Source: an uncultured bacterium
Lineage (GTDB): Bacteria > Bacteroidota > Ignavibacteria > UBA10030 > BY39
Reading direction: 5' to 3'
Assembly: GCA_937967455.1 (NCBI GenBank)
Contig: CALCJK010000016.1
Span: 27,485-91,484, forward strand
Length of the DNA stretch: 64,000 nt
How positions within the stretch are numbered: position 1 is the first letter of the stretch; each line of letters begins with the position of its first letter. Below, piece by piece: positions 29,850 to 40,932 of the stretch. A program made the translations under genes and the position numbers. Under the pieces are notes generated by a model. The model saw only the letters and a program-made list of their open reading frames with translations. It ran no database searches and was not told where the DNA came from.

Positions 29850-30851
29850 TTGGCTAAAAATTATAAATCCGCTGGTGTAAACATAAAAGTTGGAAATGAT
29901 TTTGTTGAAAACCTTAAGGTAAAAGTAAGATCAACATACAATGATGGTGTTGTTTCAGAAATTGGAGCATTTTCTGGTTTGTTTGATGGAAGATTTAAGG
30001 ATTATAAACATCCTTTATTAGTCGCAAGTACTGATGGGGTTGGAACAAAATTAAAAGTAGCATTTATGATGAATAAACACGATACGATTGGTGAAGATCT
30101 TGTAAACCATTGTGTAAATGATATAGCTGTGTGTGGGGCAGAACCTCTCTTCTTCTTGGATTATTTTGCAATAGGTAAGTTAAATTTGAATGTAGGTGAA
30201 CAAGTTATTGATGGAGTTATTCGCGCTTGTAGAATGAATGGCTGTGCACTGATAGGCGGTGAAACTGCTGAAATGCCTGGAATTTATAATGATGGTGAAT
30301 ATGATCTTGCTGGAACAATTATTGGTGTTGTAGAAAAGTCAAAATTAATCGATGGTAATAAAATATCGACAGGTGATAATTTGATTGCCATTCCTTCAAC
30401 GGGATTACATACTAATGGTTATTCGTTAGCTCGTGAAGTTTTGTTTGAACGTTATGAGGTGGATGATTTCATTGAGGAATTAGGAATGAGGTTAGGAGAT
30501 TGCCTCTTAAAAGTTCATAGGTCTTATCTTAATGTTATCAAAGCAGTTAAGGATACGACTGGCCTTCATGGTATTGCTCATATTACGGGTGGCGGAATAA
30601 AAGATAATACAATGAGAATTATTCCAAAAGGGTTGGACCTTGAAATTGACTGGTTCAGCTGGGATAGACCAGCAATTTTCCAATTAATTCAGCGGTTGGG
30701 TGAGGTTTCTGAGGATGAGATGCGGCAAACATTTAATTTAGGTGTTGGACTTGTAATAGTAGCTTCTCCTCGTGCTACAGAGAAAATTATGAATTTATTA
30801 ATAGACCTAAATGAAAAACCATTTTTAATTGGGAAGGTAGTAAATAGATAA
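29850..30851 (+). CDS. purM: phosphoribosylformylglycinamidine cyclo-ligase (AIR synthetase)
   Basis: The N-terminus YKSAGVNI and the PurM-family motifs STDGVGTKL and GGETAEMPG are present. Confidence 0.88.
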   Translation: MAKNYKSAGVNIKVGNDFVENLKVKVRSTYNDGVVSEIGAFSGLFDGRFKDYKHPLLVASTDGVGTKLKVAFMMNKHDTIGEDLVNHCVNDIAVCGAEPLFFLDYFAIGKLNLNVGEQVIDGVIRACRMNGCALIGGETAEMPGIYNDGEYDLAGTIIGVVEKSKLIDGNKISTGDNLIAIPSTGLHTNGYSLAREVLFERYEVDDFIEELGMRLGDCLLKVHRSYLNVIKAVKDTTGLHGIAHITGGGIKDNTMRIIPKGLDLEIDWFSWDRPAIFQLIQRLGEVSEDEMRQTFNLGVGLVIVASPRATEKIMNLLIDLNEKPFLIGKVVNR

Positions 30852-30854
30852 ATC

Positions 30855-32627
30855 ATGCAAAACGAAAAATTTGGAAATAAAGATAAAAATTTGTTTAAAG
30901 CCTATAACCTTACAAATAGGTTAAGTACTTTAAATGAAATAACACTTCAAATTGATGCTGCGGGAAATAAACAAGAGATTTATGAAATAATCAGGAATGA
31001 AACACATTGGTTAATAAATTCTGAAGTACTTGCTCTTGCAACATTAAGTCAAATTCAAACAACATACCAGATAATTTCATTATCATCAATCTCAGACGCT
31101 TCTGGATTACATGAGAGCTATTTTACACTTGAAGAAGGTTCGCCAGGTTGGGTGATTCGGAACCAAAATCCAATAAGATCTAAAATTGCAGATGTCCCAC
31201 AATATAGTCACACTCTTGAAGGCAAATATGAAGATTTGGGTATTCATAATTTAATGATTGTTCCAATTAAAAGTGGGCAAAATAAAGTTGGAGCATTTAT
31301 TTTTGGGACAACGGATGAGAACGAATATACAGAAGATGATCTTATCATATCTCAGTTATATGGTTTACAAGTTGCAGTAGCTTTAAATAATGCTTCATTT
31401 GTTGAGGATGCAAGGAAAAGAATTTCACAAATAGAATCTATGAATGAAATTTCTAGAATTCTCAATACTACACTCAATATAAATCAATTGTTGGAGCAAA
31501 CCGCTCAAGCAATTCAGAAGAACTTTAATTATTTTGATGTTACTTTATTTTTATTATCCAAGGATCAAACAGAATTGATATTAAAAGCCCATTCTGGTAG
31601 TTATGCAGATTTTTTGCCAAGAGATTATAGACAAAAGATCACAGAAGGGATAATTGGATGGGTTGCAAGAAATGGTGAGTATGCACTTGTAAACGATGTC
31701 ACCCAGGATCCAAGATATAAATCCTACGAATATCATTCCACGAAGTCTGAACTTGCGCTACCTATAAAAATCGAAGGTGAACTTGTAGGAGTTATGAATA
31801 TTGAAGAGAAGAATTTATATGCTTTTGATGAGATGGATGTTGTTGTTTTACAGACATTATGTGAACAGATTGCAGGTGCTCTCAAAAATGCTAAATTGTT
31901 TGAGGAAGTAAAATCAGCAAACGAAAAACTTCAAGAACTTGATACAATGAAATCTGAGTTTTTGGGAATTGTTTCTCATGATTTTAGATCTCCACTTTCA
32001 AGCATTATACTTGCGGGTAAATCACTTCTGAAAAATGAGGAAATACAGAACAATCAAAGGTTTAGAGAATATTTACAACTTATTGTGGATCAAGCTAATA
32101 GATTAAACCAATTGGCAGAGGATACGCTTCAAATTACAAAAATTGAATCGGGTCAGGTGTCCATTACCTGGAAAATTGTTAATACTGAAAGAATGCTCAA
32201 AGAGGCAATTTCTGCAGTGAGAATATCTAACAGGCATAAAGTAAGTTACTATATTGATCCAAATGTATCATATGTTCAGGCTGACCCAGCAAAATTAAGA
32301 CAGGTTGTTCAAAATCTTATCTCCAATGCTGTTAAATATTCCCCCAATGGTGGAAATATTAACATTGAGATAAAAGAGCATAATAAAGATGAGATATTGT
32401 TTTCTATTTCAGATGAAGGTATAGGAATTAAACCTGAACAGAAAGAAAAATTATTCCAGAAGTTTTCAAGAGTTGATTCTGAACATACTAAAACTATTAA
32501 AGGTACTGGTCTAGGGCTCTGGATCTGTAAAGAAATTGTTGAAGCACATAAAGGCAGAATCTGGGTCGAAAGCGAATTTGGGAAAGGGAGCATATTCAAG
32601 TTTGTAATTAAAAAGCTTGAGAGCTAA
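30855..32627 (+). CDS. GAF-domain sensor histidine kinase
   Basis: Two GAF-like regions are followed by an intact H-box (EFLGIVSHDFRSPL), an N-box (NLISNAVKYSP), G1 (DEGIGI) and G2 (GTGLGLWICKEIVEAHKGRIW). Confidence 0.8.
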   Translation: MQNEKFGNKDKNLFKAYNLTNRLSTLNEITLQIDAAGNKQEIYEIIRNETHWLINSEVLALATLSQIQTTYQIISLSSISDASGLHESYFTLEEGSPGWVIRNQNPIRSKIADVPQYSHTLEGKYEDLGIHNLMIVPIKSGQNKVGAFIFGTTDENEYTEDDLIISQLYGLQVAVALNNASFVEDARKRISQIESMNEISRILNTTLNINQLLEQTAQAIQKNFNYFDVTLFLLSKDQTELILKAHSGSYADFLPRDYRQKITEGIIGWVARNGEYALVNDVTQDPRYKSYEYHSTKSELALPIKIEGELVGVMNIEEKNLYAFDEMDVVVLQTLCEQIAGALKNAKLFEEVKSANEKLQELDTMKSEFLGIVSHDFRSPLSSIILAGKSLLKNEEIQNNQRFREYLQLIVDQANRLNQLAEDTLQITKIESGQVSITWKIVNTERMLKEAISAVRISNRHKVSYYIDPNVSYVQADPAKLRQVVQNLISNAVKYSPNGGNINIEIKEHNKDEILFSISDEGIGIKPEQKEKLFQKFSRVDSEHTKTIKGTGLGLWICKEIVEAHKGRIWVESEFGKGSIFKFVIKKLES

Positions 32628-32965
32628 TTAAGTGTGGAATATAGTTTCTCAAGTTTGACCCTAAGATTTTCATAAAATTCTTGCCACTTTGTAATGTCTT
32701 TATTATAAGCCTCTGTTGTGTATTTTAAATCACTTACGGTAAAATTATATTTTTTTAAAATTGTGTATAAAGTAGAATCTGTCTCTGGTTTTGAAAGTGA
32801 TTTGCTGTCTGCAAATTCAATACCTGGATTTATTTGTAGTTCCAGATAAATATCTGCAAATTGTTCTGGTGGGATAATTGTGTATTTAGTTTCTTTATTA
32901 CAGCCAATAGTTAAGAGAAAAATAAAGAAGAATGTTTTATAAGTTAAAATATAGTTTATATTCAT
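32624..32965 (-). CDS. small lipoprotein (function unknown)
   Basis: The N-terminus MNINYILTYKTFFFIFLLTIGC has a lipobox. The gene overlaps the 3' end of glnA by 29 nt. Confidence 0.4.
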   Translation of the reverse strand: MNINYILTYKTFFFIFLLTIGCNKETKYTIIPPEQFADIYLELQINPGIEFADSKSLSKPETDSTLYTILKKYNFTVSDLKYTTEAYNKDITKWQEFYENLRVKLEKLYSTLN

Positions 32966-34301
32966 ATGGATGTGGCATAGTAGCTATTGATTTTATGTCG
33001 TGTTGCTTTGTTGAAATCCATTGTTTTATAAGGTCATCAGTAAAAACATTTCCTTTTTTAAGAAATTCTTGGTCGTTATTGAGTGCTTCTAATGATTCTT
33101 CTAAGTTTTTTGGGAGGAATTTTATATTTTGGTTTGAATAAACATTTGTATCGACCGGACCAAGCCCTTCTTTTATTGGATCAATTTTTTTGGCTATTCC
33201 ATCTAATCCTGCCATCAGCATCGCGCTCATTAAGAGATATGGATTTGCAGTTGCATCTGGAGGTCTATACTCAAAACGTGCTTCTTCAGGGTTGTGAACA
33301 TAGGAAGGTATGCGTATTGCTGCCGAGCGATTTGCTTTCCCGAATGTAATTGCGACTGGAGCTTCAAATCCAGGCACTAGTCGTTTATATGAATTAGTAC
33401 TAGGATTTGTAAAAGCACATAAAGCGGGTGCATGGATTAATAATCCTCCGATAAATGATAATGCTAAATCATTTAAATTACCGTATCTATCTTTTTCATA
33501 AAAAATATTCTTATTGTTTTTCTTTAAGTATTGATGTACATGTAAACCGTTGCCGGCTTGTTGAAACATTGGTTTAGGCATAAATGTGATAAAAATGTTG
33601 TGTTGCCGAGCAAGGTTGAATAATAAATATTTCGCTAAAACTATTTTGTCACTAATTGTAAGCAGGTTATCAAATTGTATCTCTATTTCTTGCTGCCCCC
33701 TTTCACCCGCTTCGTGATGATGATACTTAACATCAATTCCCATCTGCTGAAAAAGCATTGTTGCTTCGTCTCTAAAATCATCGTAAATATCAAATGGATT
33801 TGCTGCATGGTAAGCATTCTGAAAAAATTCTTCTTCATGTTCAACTCGATAGAATGATGAGGCGGTTCTTGTATCAAACTCAACTTTTGAGAAAATATAA
33901 AATTCAAATTCTGGTCCCCAAAGTGATTCATCAGCAATTCCTGTTTGTAGCAAGTAATCCTGTGCTTTTCTGGCAACAAATCTACCGTCCTGGTTAAATC
34001 TCGATTTCTGTGAATCAGTTAAATGTATTTCTGTAAAAACACTTAGGGTTGGAATGTTGCGGAATGGATCTATTATGGCAGTAGCAATATCTGGTAATAA
34101 TATCATATCACTTTGTTCAACTTTTGAAAAACCATAACTTGATCCATCAAAACCTATCCCTTCTTTAATTAAACTTTCTAGTAATCCATCTTTGCATGGT
34201 AGAGTTATGTGATGTAATCTACCTACTAGATCTATTGTTTTTAAATCGATAAACTTAATTTGTTGATCTTTAATAATTTCCTTTAATTTTTCAATTTCCA
34301 T
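32937..34301 (-). CDS. glnA: glutamine synthetase family protein (type I-like)
   Basis: The N-terminal beta-grasp region, the catalytic motifs GPEFEFYIF and HHHEAGERGQQEI, and RIPSYVHNPEEARFEYRPPDATANPYL all parallel E. coli GlnA. Confidence 0.8.
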   Translation of the reverse strand: MEIEKLKEIIKDQQIKFIDLKTIDLVGRLHHITLPCKDGLLESLIKEGIGFDGSSYGFSKVEQSDMILLPDIATAIIDPFRNIPTLSVFTEIHLTDSQKSRFNQDGRFVARKAQDYLLQTGIADESLWGPEFEFYIFSKVEFDTRTASSFYRVEHEEEFFQNAYHAANPFDIYDDFRDEATMLFQQMGIDVKYHHHEAGERGQQEIEIQFDNLLTISDKIVLAKYLLFNLARQHNIFITFMPKPMFQQAGNGLHVHQYLKKNNKNIFYEKDRYGNLNDLALSFIGGLLIHAPALCAFTNPSTNSYKRLVPGFEAPVAITFGKANRSAAIRIPSYVHNPEEARFEYRPPDATANPYLLMSAMLMAGLDGIAKKIDPIKEGLGPVDTNVYSNQNIKFLPKNLEESLEALNNDQEFLKKGNVFTDDLIKQWISTKQHDIKSIATMPHPYEYKLYFNL

Positions 34302-34438
34302 ATTTTAGCAAATTATTATTTATTTAATTTTTAATTTTCAAAAAATATAACTATTTTAATTATCATTTACAATTTGCTATTAATTAGTTCCAGCATTAAA
34401 TTATCGTGTAATTTATTAAGAAAATCAGAATATATATA

Positions 34439-36052
34439 ATGCATCTTTACCATGAACATGGAAATCTGAATTCTCAAATCCAAAATAAAATCAATCATTA
34501 TAAAATATTTAAAGAATTACCCTTTCTCCCTGAGGAAAGAGAGACCACAACTATATTATTGGGTGGATTTACAATGAAGCACGACTTGCTTGTGCGTGCA
34601 GCCATTGAGGGTTTAGGTTATAAAGTTCAACATCTTCCAACTCCACAAATTCAAGCCTATCATACTGGTAGAGAATTTTGTAACAATGGAATGTGTAATC
34701 CAGCATATTTTACAATTGGTAATCTAATCCAATTTCTTTTTCAATTAACCCAGAAAGGATTGTCGAAGCAAGAAATTTTAAAAGATTATGTTTTTCTAAC
34801 AGTTGGGGCTTGTGGTCCATGTAGATTTGGTATGTATGAAAATGAATATCGATTAGCACTAAGAAATGCAGGATTCGAAGGATTTAGAGTATTGGTATTT
34901 CAACAAGTAAGTGGATTTAAGCAGACAGATGAAAATAGTGGTTTGGTTATGAATGAAGAGTTTTTCCTTGGTATTATTAAAGCAATATTAATAGCTGATT
35001 TGTTGAATGATTTTTATTATAAAGTTAAACCTTATGAGATTTTACAAGGAGAAACTGATTCGATTCTCGATAAATTAATAAAGGATATTTATAAAGATCT
35101 TAAATCTGAGCAAGGATTACTAAAAAATTTGTTAAAGATATACAAAATCCAAGATAATAAACTTTATTTTCTAATACTAAGAGAGTTGTTAGTTAATAAA
35201 TATCGACGTACTTTATCTTTTGCAACCAGTGAATTAAAAAAAATTAAGGTAGATAATTTAAGAGAGATGCCAATTGTAAAGATTACAGGTGAATTCTGGG
35301 CGCAAACTACAGAAGGTGATGGCAATTTTAAGATCTTTAAATATCTATTGAATGAAGGTGCCGAGATTATAATTGAGCCAATTACCAACTGGTTGCTTTA
35401 TCTTCTTTTCGATGCAAATCAATACTTAACTGATAGAAGAAAAATTATTAATGATAATTTTTCTAAAAAGGTTTCTTATTATAAAAACAGGTTATTGATT
35501 AAATTTGGAGAAAGATTAATCAATTATACATATAATAAATTCAGGAAATATTTATTGAATATACCGGAGAAATTAAGCGATCAGTATTTATTGGCTTCAC
35601 TGGCGGATGCATATTATAACAGTCATGCAAAAGGTGGAGAAGGGCATTTAGAAGTGGCTAAGAGTATATACTATACAAAAAATTATCTCGCACATATGAT
35701 ATTGTCAGTTAAGCCATTCGGTTGTTTGCCAAGCACACAGAGTGATGGTGTACAAGCTTTAGTAACAGCAAAATATCCCGAAATGATATTCTTACCAATC
35801 GAAACATCAGCTGAAGGTGAAATTAATGCTTATAGTCGTCTTCAGATGGCTTTGAGTGAAGCAAAACAAAAATGTAATTTAGAGATAGAATATGCATATG
35901 AAAAAACTAATTTAACAAAAGAAAAAATTCAAAATTTTTTATATAAAAATCCAGAATTTATGCAAGCTGGTTTTAAAGTAAAGAAACATCCTGGTATAAT
36001 ATCCAGAGCAGCAAATTTTATTTATCAGATGAGCAACATAATTAAAGAATAA
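34439..36052 (+). CDS. Cys-rich hypothetical protein, putative partner or dehydratase-component-like subunit of the downstream HgdC-like double ATPase
   Basis: The cysteine motifs are FCNNGMCNP, VGACGPCRFGMY and KPFGCLPSTQ. No family could be confirmed. It is tightly coupled to the next gene (13-nt gap). Confidence 0.4.
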   Translation: MHLYHEHGNLNSQIQNKINHYKIFKELPFLPEERETTTILLGGFTMKHDLLVRAAIEGLGYKVQHLPTPQIQAYHTGREFCNNGMCNPAYFTIGNLIQFLFQLTQKGLSKQEILKDYVFLTVGACGPCRFGMYENEYRLALRNAGFEGFRVLVFQQVSGFKQTDENSGLVMNEEFFLGIIKAILIADLLNDFYYKVKPYEILQGETDSILDKLIKDIYKDLKSEQGLLKNLLKIYKIQDNKLYFLILRELLVNKYRRTLSFATSELKKIKVDNLREMPIVKITGEFWAQTTEGDGNFKIFKYLLNEGAEIIIEPITNWLLYLLFDANQYLTDRRKIINDNFSKKVSYYKNRLLIKFGERLINYTYNKFRKYLLNIPEKLSDQYLLASLADAYYNSHAKGGEGHLEVAKSIYYTKNYLAHMILSVKPFGCLPSTQSDGVQALVTAKYPEMIFLPIETSAEGEINAYSRLQMALSEAKQKCNLEIEYAYEKTNLTKEKIQNFLYKNPEFMQAGFKVKKHPGIISRAANFIYQMSNIIKE

Positions 36053-36065
36053 CAATTATTTTAAT

Positions 36066-39000
36066 GTGAGAGAGCATTTAAAAAATATTTCATTAGTTGC
36101 AGGTATTGATATAGGTTCTACTACAATTAAAGGTTTGGTAGTCGATATTGAATCTGACACAATACTCTGGCAATGGTATGAAAGACACGAAACTAGAGTT
36201 GTCGAAAAGTTTCTGGAAGTGCTGCGGAAAATTGAAGAAGACCTGAACCTTGGGGCTGGTGAATTTTTTATTTATATGACTGGAAGTGGGGCAAATAATT
36301 TGTATCAAATAGTGAATGCAAAGTATGTTCAGGAAGTACATGCTATTTCTTTAATTGTTGAAAAGTACCATCCAGAAGTACATTCAATCATTGAGTTGGG
36401 TGGACAAGATGCAAAAATGATATTCTTTAAAGAGTTGCATGGTAAACGCAAGAAATATGCAACTATGAATGATAAGTGTGCTGGTGGCACAGGTGCTGTT
36501 ATTGATAAGATTATAGCTAAATTGAATATTTCTCACGAGGAAATTCAGAATTTGCGATATAATGGAGTTAAATTACATCAGGTTGCAGGTAAATGTGGAG
36601 TCTTTGCTGAAACTGATATTAACTCGCTTCAAAAACAGGGAATACCTAAAAATGAATTAATAGCTTCGCTATTTGAGTCGATTGTACAGCAAAATTTATC
36701 TGTACTTACAAGAGGTAATACGCTCTATCCAGAAGTTTTGCTCTTGGGTGGTCCAAACACATTTCTGCCAGGTTTGGTTGAAGCTTGGCAGGATAATATT
36801 CCTAGAATTTGGGAAGAAAGGAAAATTCACTTACCAGAAAATATAGATCCCAAATCACTGATTAAAGTTCCGCTCAATTCTGAATATTATGCCGCACTTG
36901 GTGCTATAGAATTTTTTAAAACAGATACTTACCCAGTTTGTATATACAAGGGTCTTACAGAAATAGTTGCCTTGGTGGAAAGTGATCGTCGCAATTTGAA
37001 ATCAAAATTTAGTGGAATGGGTTTGGTCAATACTAAAGATGAATTAAAATCTTTCATCGAAGAATATAAGATTCCTGAATTTAAAGAACCTGAAATTATT
37101 GGTATAGATAAGCTTGACGTTTTTATTGGCTTGGATGGAGGCTCTACATCTACAAAAGCAGTCATATTAAATAAAAATAAAGAGCTTGTTGCAAAAGAAT
37201 ATAGACTTTCAAAAGGGAATCCAATTGAGGACACAAGGGAAATATTTAAGAAGTTTAAACAAAAATTTGAGATGTTAAATGTTGAATTAAATGTTTTAGG
37301 AGTTGGTGTTACTGGATATGCCAAAGATATTTTAAAAGATTGTATTGGTGCGGATGTGGCGCTTGTTGAAACCGTTGCACATATGAAATCGGCTTTGCAT
37401 TATTTTGAGGATGTTGATGTAATTTGTGATGTAGGTGGGCAGGATATTAAAATAATAATTTTGAAGGATAAAAGAGTAGTTGATTTCAAATTAAATACAC
37501 AATGCTCAGCTGGAAATGGATATTTCTTACAGGCAACAGCTGAAAGTTTAGGTATAGATGTAAACCAATATGCTGAAGTAGCTTTTAAAGCTAAAAGAGC
37601 ACCAGAGTTCAGTTATGGTTGCGCAGTATTTTTGCAATCTGATATCGTTGACTTTCAAAGGCAAGGATGGAAACCTGAAGAGATATTAGCTGGACTTGCA
37701 AAAGTTTTGCCTAAAAATATTTGGCTATACATAGCACAAATGCCTAATATGGCAAAATATGGTTCAAGGTTTGTGCTACAGGGCGGCACACAATATAATT
37801 TAGCGGCTGTAAAAGCTCAAATTGATTTTATTAAGGAAAGATTTGCAAATATGAAAATCAATCCTCTAATTAAAATACATCCACATACAGGGGAAAGTGG
37901 TGCAATTGGAGTTGCTTTGGAAGCTCTGGAAAATTATCAAAGAGTAAAAAGGTCAAATTTTATAGGCTTTGATGCAATAGAATCAATAAAATACGAAACA
38001 AAGCGAGACGAAGAGACAAAATGCTACTTTTGTAAGAATCAGTGCTTGAGAACATTTATAGATATAATTACTTCACTTAATATTAAAAATGATAATTCAA
38101 ATAATTTCCCGTTTAAGCACGGTCCTGAACAATTACGCTCAGCTCGTGTAGAATTTGCTCAATTTACTGTTGATAATCAAGACCTCCGTGAAGTCAAAAA
38201 GGAGAGAATTATCATTGCTACCTGCGAAAAAGGCACTGTGGAAAATGCAAAATCTGTACAAGAAATTCAAAAGAAGATTGATGATATAAAAAATGTTAAT
38301 CCCAACCTTGTAGAATTTGCAGCAAAAAAAGTTTGGGAACCAACCAAGCCTAAATTAGTATCAGACCAAATACATATTGTAGTATTCACAAAGAAAGCTA
38401 AAATCAAGAGAAATTTAAAATTACAGCGTGATAGTGTAGTTATAGGGATTCCAAGATTACTCAATCTCTACTCATTCAATCCGTTCTTTAGTGCTTATTT
38501 TGAAAGTTTAGGTATAAAACCCGGCAATATTATTTATTCAGATTTTACCTCGGAAAAACTTTTTAAAGAAGGTTCAAGGCGTGGAACAATTGATCCATGC
38601 TATCCAAGCAAGCTTGCTATGGCACACATACATAATCTATTATTTGTCCACCATAAAAAGAAGAAACTTGATTATATTTTTTTCCCAAGTATCGACAGTA
38701 TGCCAAGCGATATGCAAAATTGTGTGGATCATCGTGGATGTCCAACAGCTGTTGCGACCCCATTTTCAACATATGCAGCCTTTACCAGAGAAAAAGATAT
38801 TTTTGAAGAATTTGGAGTGGGATATTTAAATCCCTTTTTAAACATGGGTGAACCAAAATTACTTGAGTTACAACTCTTTGAATATTTCGAATATATACTG
38901 GGGTTGACAAAGTCTGAAAATAAAAAAGCGGTGGAATGTGCTTACAAGGCGCTTTATACATTTCAAGATATTTTAAGAAGAAAAGGTAAGGAAGTCCTCC

Positions 39001-39575
39001 AGATGCTTGAAAGAGAAAACAGGATTGGTATTGTTGTTCTTGCTCGTCCTTATCATAATGATCCAGGTATAAATCATGGTATACTTGAGGAATTTCAAAA
39101 ACTTGGGTATCCTATTCTATCACAAGATTCTTTGCCAACAGATGAGGAAACGCTTAAGAAAGTTTTTAAGGATGACGAGGTACATCCAATGGAAATTAGT
39201 GATGTATGGAAGAACTCATATAGTGAAAACACAAATCGAAAAATCTGGGCAGCGAAGTTTGTTGCAAGACACCCAAATTTGGTTGCACTCGAGCTATCGA
39301 ATTTCAGGTGCGGACACGATGCACCTATATACTCGCTAATTCAGGATATCATAGAAATGAGCGGTAAACCATATTTTTGTTTTAAGGATATCGATGAAAA
39401 CAAACCAAAAGGTTCTATAAAAATTAGAATCGAAACAATTGCCTATTTCCTCAAAGAATATAAACAAATTTTCAAACCAGCCGAATCGGTATTGCAAGAA
39501 GATTTTATTAAAAGACAAAAATTTAATATTGATAAATTTATGATTACAAACTCTGCGCTAAAGAATAAAAATTAA
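36066..39575 (+). CDS. tandem BadF/BadG/BcrA/BcrD-type (HgdC-like) ATPase domains fused to a ~450-aa uncharacterised C-terminal domain
   Basis: Two actin-fold ATPase starts are present, VAGIDIGSTTIKGLVVD and FIGLDGGSTSTKAVILN. Each is followed by a pair of conserved cysteines (KCAGGTGAVIDK / GKCGVFAETD, and QCSAGNGYFLQ / YGCAVFLQSD), as in the [4Fe-4S]-bridging activators of 2-hydroxyacyl-CoA dehydratases. Confidence 0.7.
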   Translation: MREHLKNISLVAGIDIGSTTIKGLVVDIESDTILWQWYERHETRVVEKFLEVLRKIEEDLNLGAGEFFIYMTGSGANNLYQIVNAKYVQEVHAISLIVEKYHPEVHSIIELGGQDAKMIFFKELHGKRKKYATMNDKCAGGTGAVIDKIIAKLNISHEEIQNLRYNGVKLHQVAGKCGVFAETDINSLQKQGIPKNELIASLFESIVQQNLSVLTRGNTLYPEVLLLGGPNTFLPGLVEAWQDNIPRIWEERKIHLPENIDPKSLIKVPLNSEYYAALGAIEFFKTDTYPVCIYKGLTEIVALVESDRRNLKSKFSGMGLVNTKDELKSFIEEYKIPEFKEPEIIGIDKLDVFIGLDGGSTSTKAVILNKNKELVAKEYRLSKGNPIEDTREIFKKFKQKFEMLNVELNVLGVGVTGYAKDILKDCIGADVALVETVAHMKSALHYFEDVDVICDVGGQDIKIIILKDKRVVDFKLNTQCSAGNGYFLQATAESLGIDVNQYAEVAFKAKRAPEFSYGCAVFLQSDIVDFQRQGWKPEEILAGLAKVLPKNIWLYIAQMPNMAKYGSRFVLQGGTQYNLAAVKAQIDFIKERFANMKINPLIKIHPHTGESGAIGVALEALENYQRVKRSNFIGFDAIESIKYETKRDEETKCYFCKNQCLRTFIDIITSLNIKNDNSNNFPFKHGPEQLRSARVEFAQFTVDNQDLREVKKERIIIATCEKGTVENAKSVQEIQKKIDDIKNVNPNLVEFAAKKVWEPTKPKLVSDQIHIVVFTKKAKIKRNLKLQRDSVVIGIPRLLNLYSFNPFFSAYFESLGIKPGNIIYSDFTSEKLFKEGSRRGTIDPCYPSKLAMAHIHNLLFVHHKKKKLDYIFFPSIDSMPSDMQNCVDHRGCPTAVATPFSTYAAFTREKDIFEEFGVGYLNPFLNMGEPKLLELQLFEYFEYILGLTKSENKKAVECAYKALYTFQDILRRKGKEVLQMLERENRIGIVVLARPYHNDPGINHGILEEFQKLGYPILSQDSLPTDEETLKKVFKDDEVHPMEISDVWKNSYSENTNRKIWAAKFVARHPNLVALELSNFRCGHDAPIYSLIQDIIEMSGKPYFCFKDIDENKPKGSIKIRIETIAYFLKEYKQIFKPAESVLQEDFIKRQKFNIDKFMITNSALKNKN

Positions 39576-39589
39576 GCAGTCCTAAAATT

Positions 39590-40468
39590 ATGATAAGTGA
39601 AAAAATCTGGACGATAAAAAGATTGCTGGAATGGGCTACAAGCTATCTTAATGAGAAAGGAATCGATGATTCACGTTTAAATGCAGAGCTTTTATTGTGT
39701 CATGCACTCAAATATCAAAATCGGATAGATTTATACTTACATTTTGATAAACCACTTAGACAAAGCGAGTTAGATATATTTAAAGTTTTTTTGAAAAGAA
39801 GATTAACTGGAGAGCCGGTTCAATATATTATAGGCGAAACAGAATTTATGGGATTTAAATTTAAGGTTGATTCAAGAGTTTTAATCCCTCGCCCTGAGAC
39901 CGAGCTATTAGTTGAATCTGTACTTAAGTTATTAAAAAAAATTAAGAAACCGGGATTAAAAATTCTCGAGATCGGAACTGGATGCGGAAATATTTCTATC
40001 AGTATCGCCAAATTATTTCCTGATTTAGAAATTACAGCAATCGATTCCAGTAAATCAGCTCTTGAAGTTGCTGAACTCAACATTAAGAACCATGGATTAT
40101 CACAAAATATTAAATTAATGTTCATAAATATATTTGATGATGTACCAAAATTAAGGAATTTTGATATTATCGTATCTAATCCACCCTATATTTCGATTGA
40201 TGAATATCAGATATTGTCGGATGAAATTAAAAACTTTGAACCCAAAATTGCATTAACAGATGGAAAAGATGGTTTATCTTATCATTATAGAATTGCTGAT
40301 ATTGGAAGAAGTTTACTGAATGAAATTGGATGGCTCTTTCTGGAAATTGGATATGATCAAAAAGAAGAAGTGGTTAATATTCTGGAAAAGTTTGGATATT
40401 TTGATGTTGAAGTTATGCAAGACTATGGAGGCAATGATAGAATAGTAAAAGCAAAATGGAGCCGATAA
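39590..40468 (+). CDS. prmC: release-factor glutamine N5-methyltransferase
   Basis: The NPPY motif (VSNPPYIS), the SAM-binding [10 protein letters not shown], and the HemK-like N-terminus are present. Confidence 0.85.
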   Translation: MISEKIWTIKRLLEWATSYLNEKGIDDSRLNAELLLCHALKYQNRIDLYLHFDKPLRQSELDIFKVFLKRRLTGEPVQYIIGETEFMGFKFKVDSRVLIPRPETELLVESVLKLLKKIKKPGLKILEIGTGCGNISISIAKLFPDLEITAIDSSKSALEVAELNIKNHGLSQNIKLMFINIFDDVPKLRNFDIIVSNPPYISIDEYQILSDEIKNFEPKIALTDGKDGLSYHYRIADIGRSLLNEIGWLFLEIGYDQKEEVVNILEKFGYFDVEVMQDYGGNDRIVKAKWSR

Positions 40469-40932
40469 TGAGGGCTTTAGTACAAAGAGTTTTGGAAGCC
40501 AGTGTAGAAGTTGATTCCAAGATTATAGGTAAAATAAACAAAGGCATTTTAATTTTTTTAGGTGTTTCTAATAATGATGTTGAAAAAGATGCATATTACC
40601 TTGCAGAAAAATGTGCAAACCTGCGAATATTCGAGGATGAGCAGGGCAAAATGAATCTATCTGTACGAGATGTAAATGGTAGTGCACTTGTAGTTTCTCA
40701 ATTTACACTTTATGCCGATACAAGCAGGGGAAACCGTCCAAGTTTTAGCGAAGCAGCATCTCCACAAAAGGGGGAAGAATTGTATAACATATTTTTAGAA
40801 TATCTTAAGAATATACTCGGAAATGAAAAAGTAGCAAACGGAATATTCAGAGCTATGATGAAAATATATTTAATAAACGATGGTCCCGTAACAGTAATGG
40901 TAGAATCAAAGAATAAAGGTAAATTACAATGA
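40456..40932 (+). CDS. dtd: D-aminoacyl-tRNA deacylase
   Basis: MRALVQRV...[17 protein letters not shown] matches the DTD family. The size is 158 aa. Confidence 0.88.
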   Translation: MEPIMRALVQRVLEASVEVDSKIIGKINKGILIFLGVSNNDVEKDAYYLAEKCANLRIFEDEQGKMNLSVRDVNGSALVVSQFTLYADTSRGNRPSFSEAASPQKGEELYNIFLEYLKNILGNEKVANGIFRAMMKIYLINDGPVTVMVESKNKGKLQ

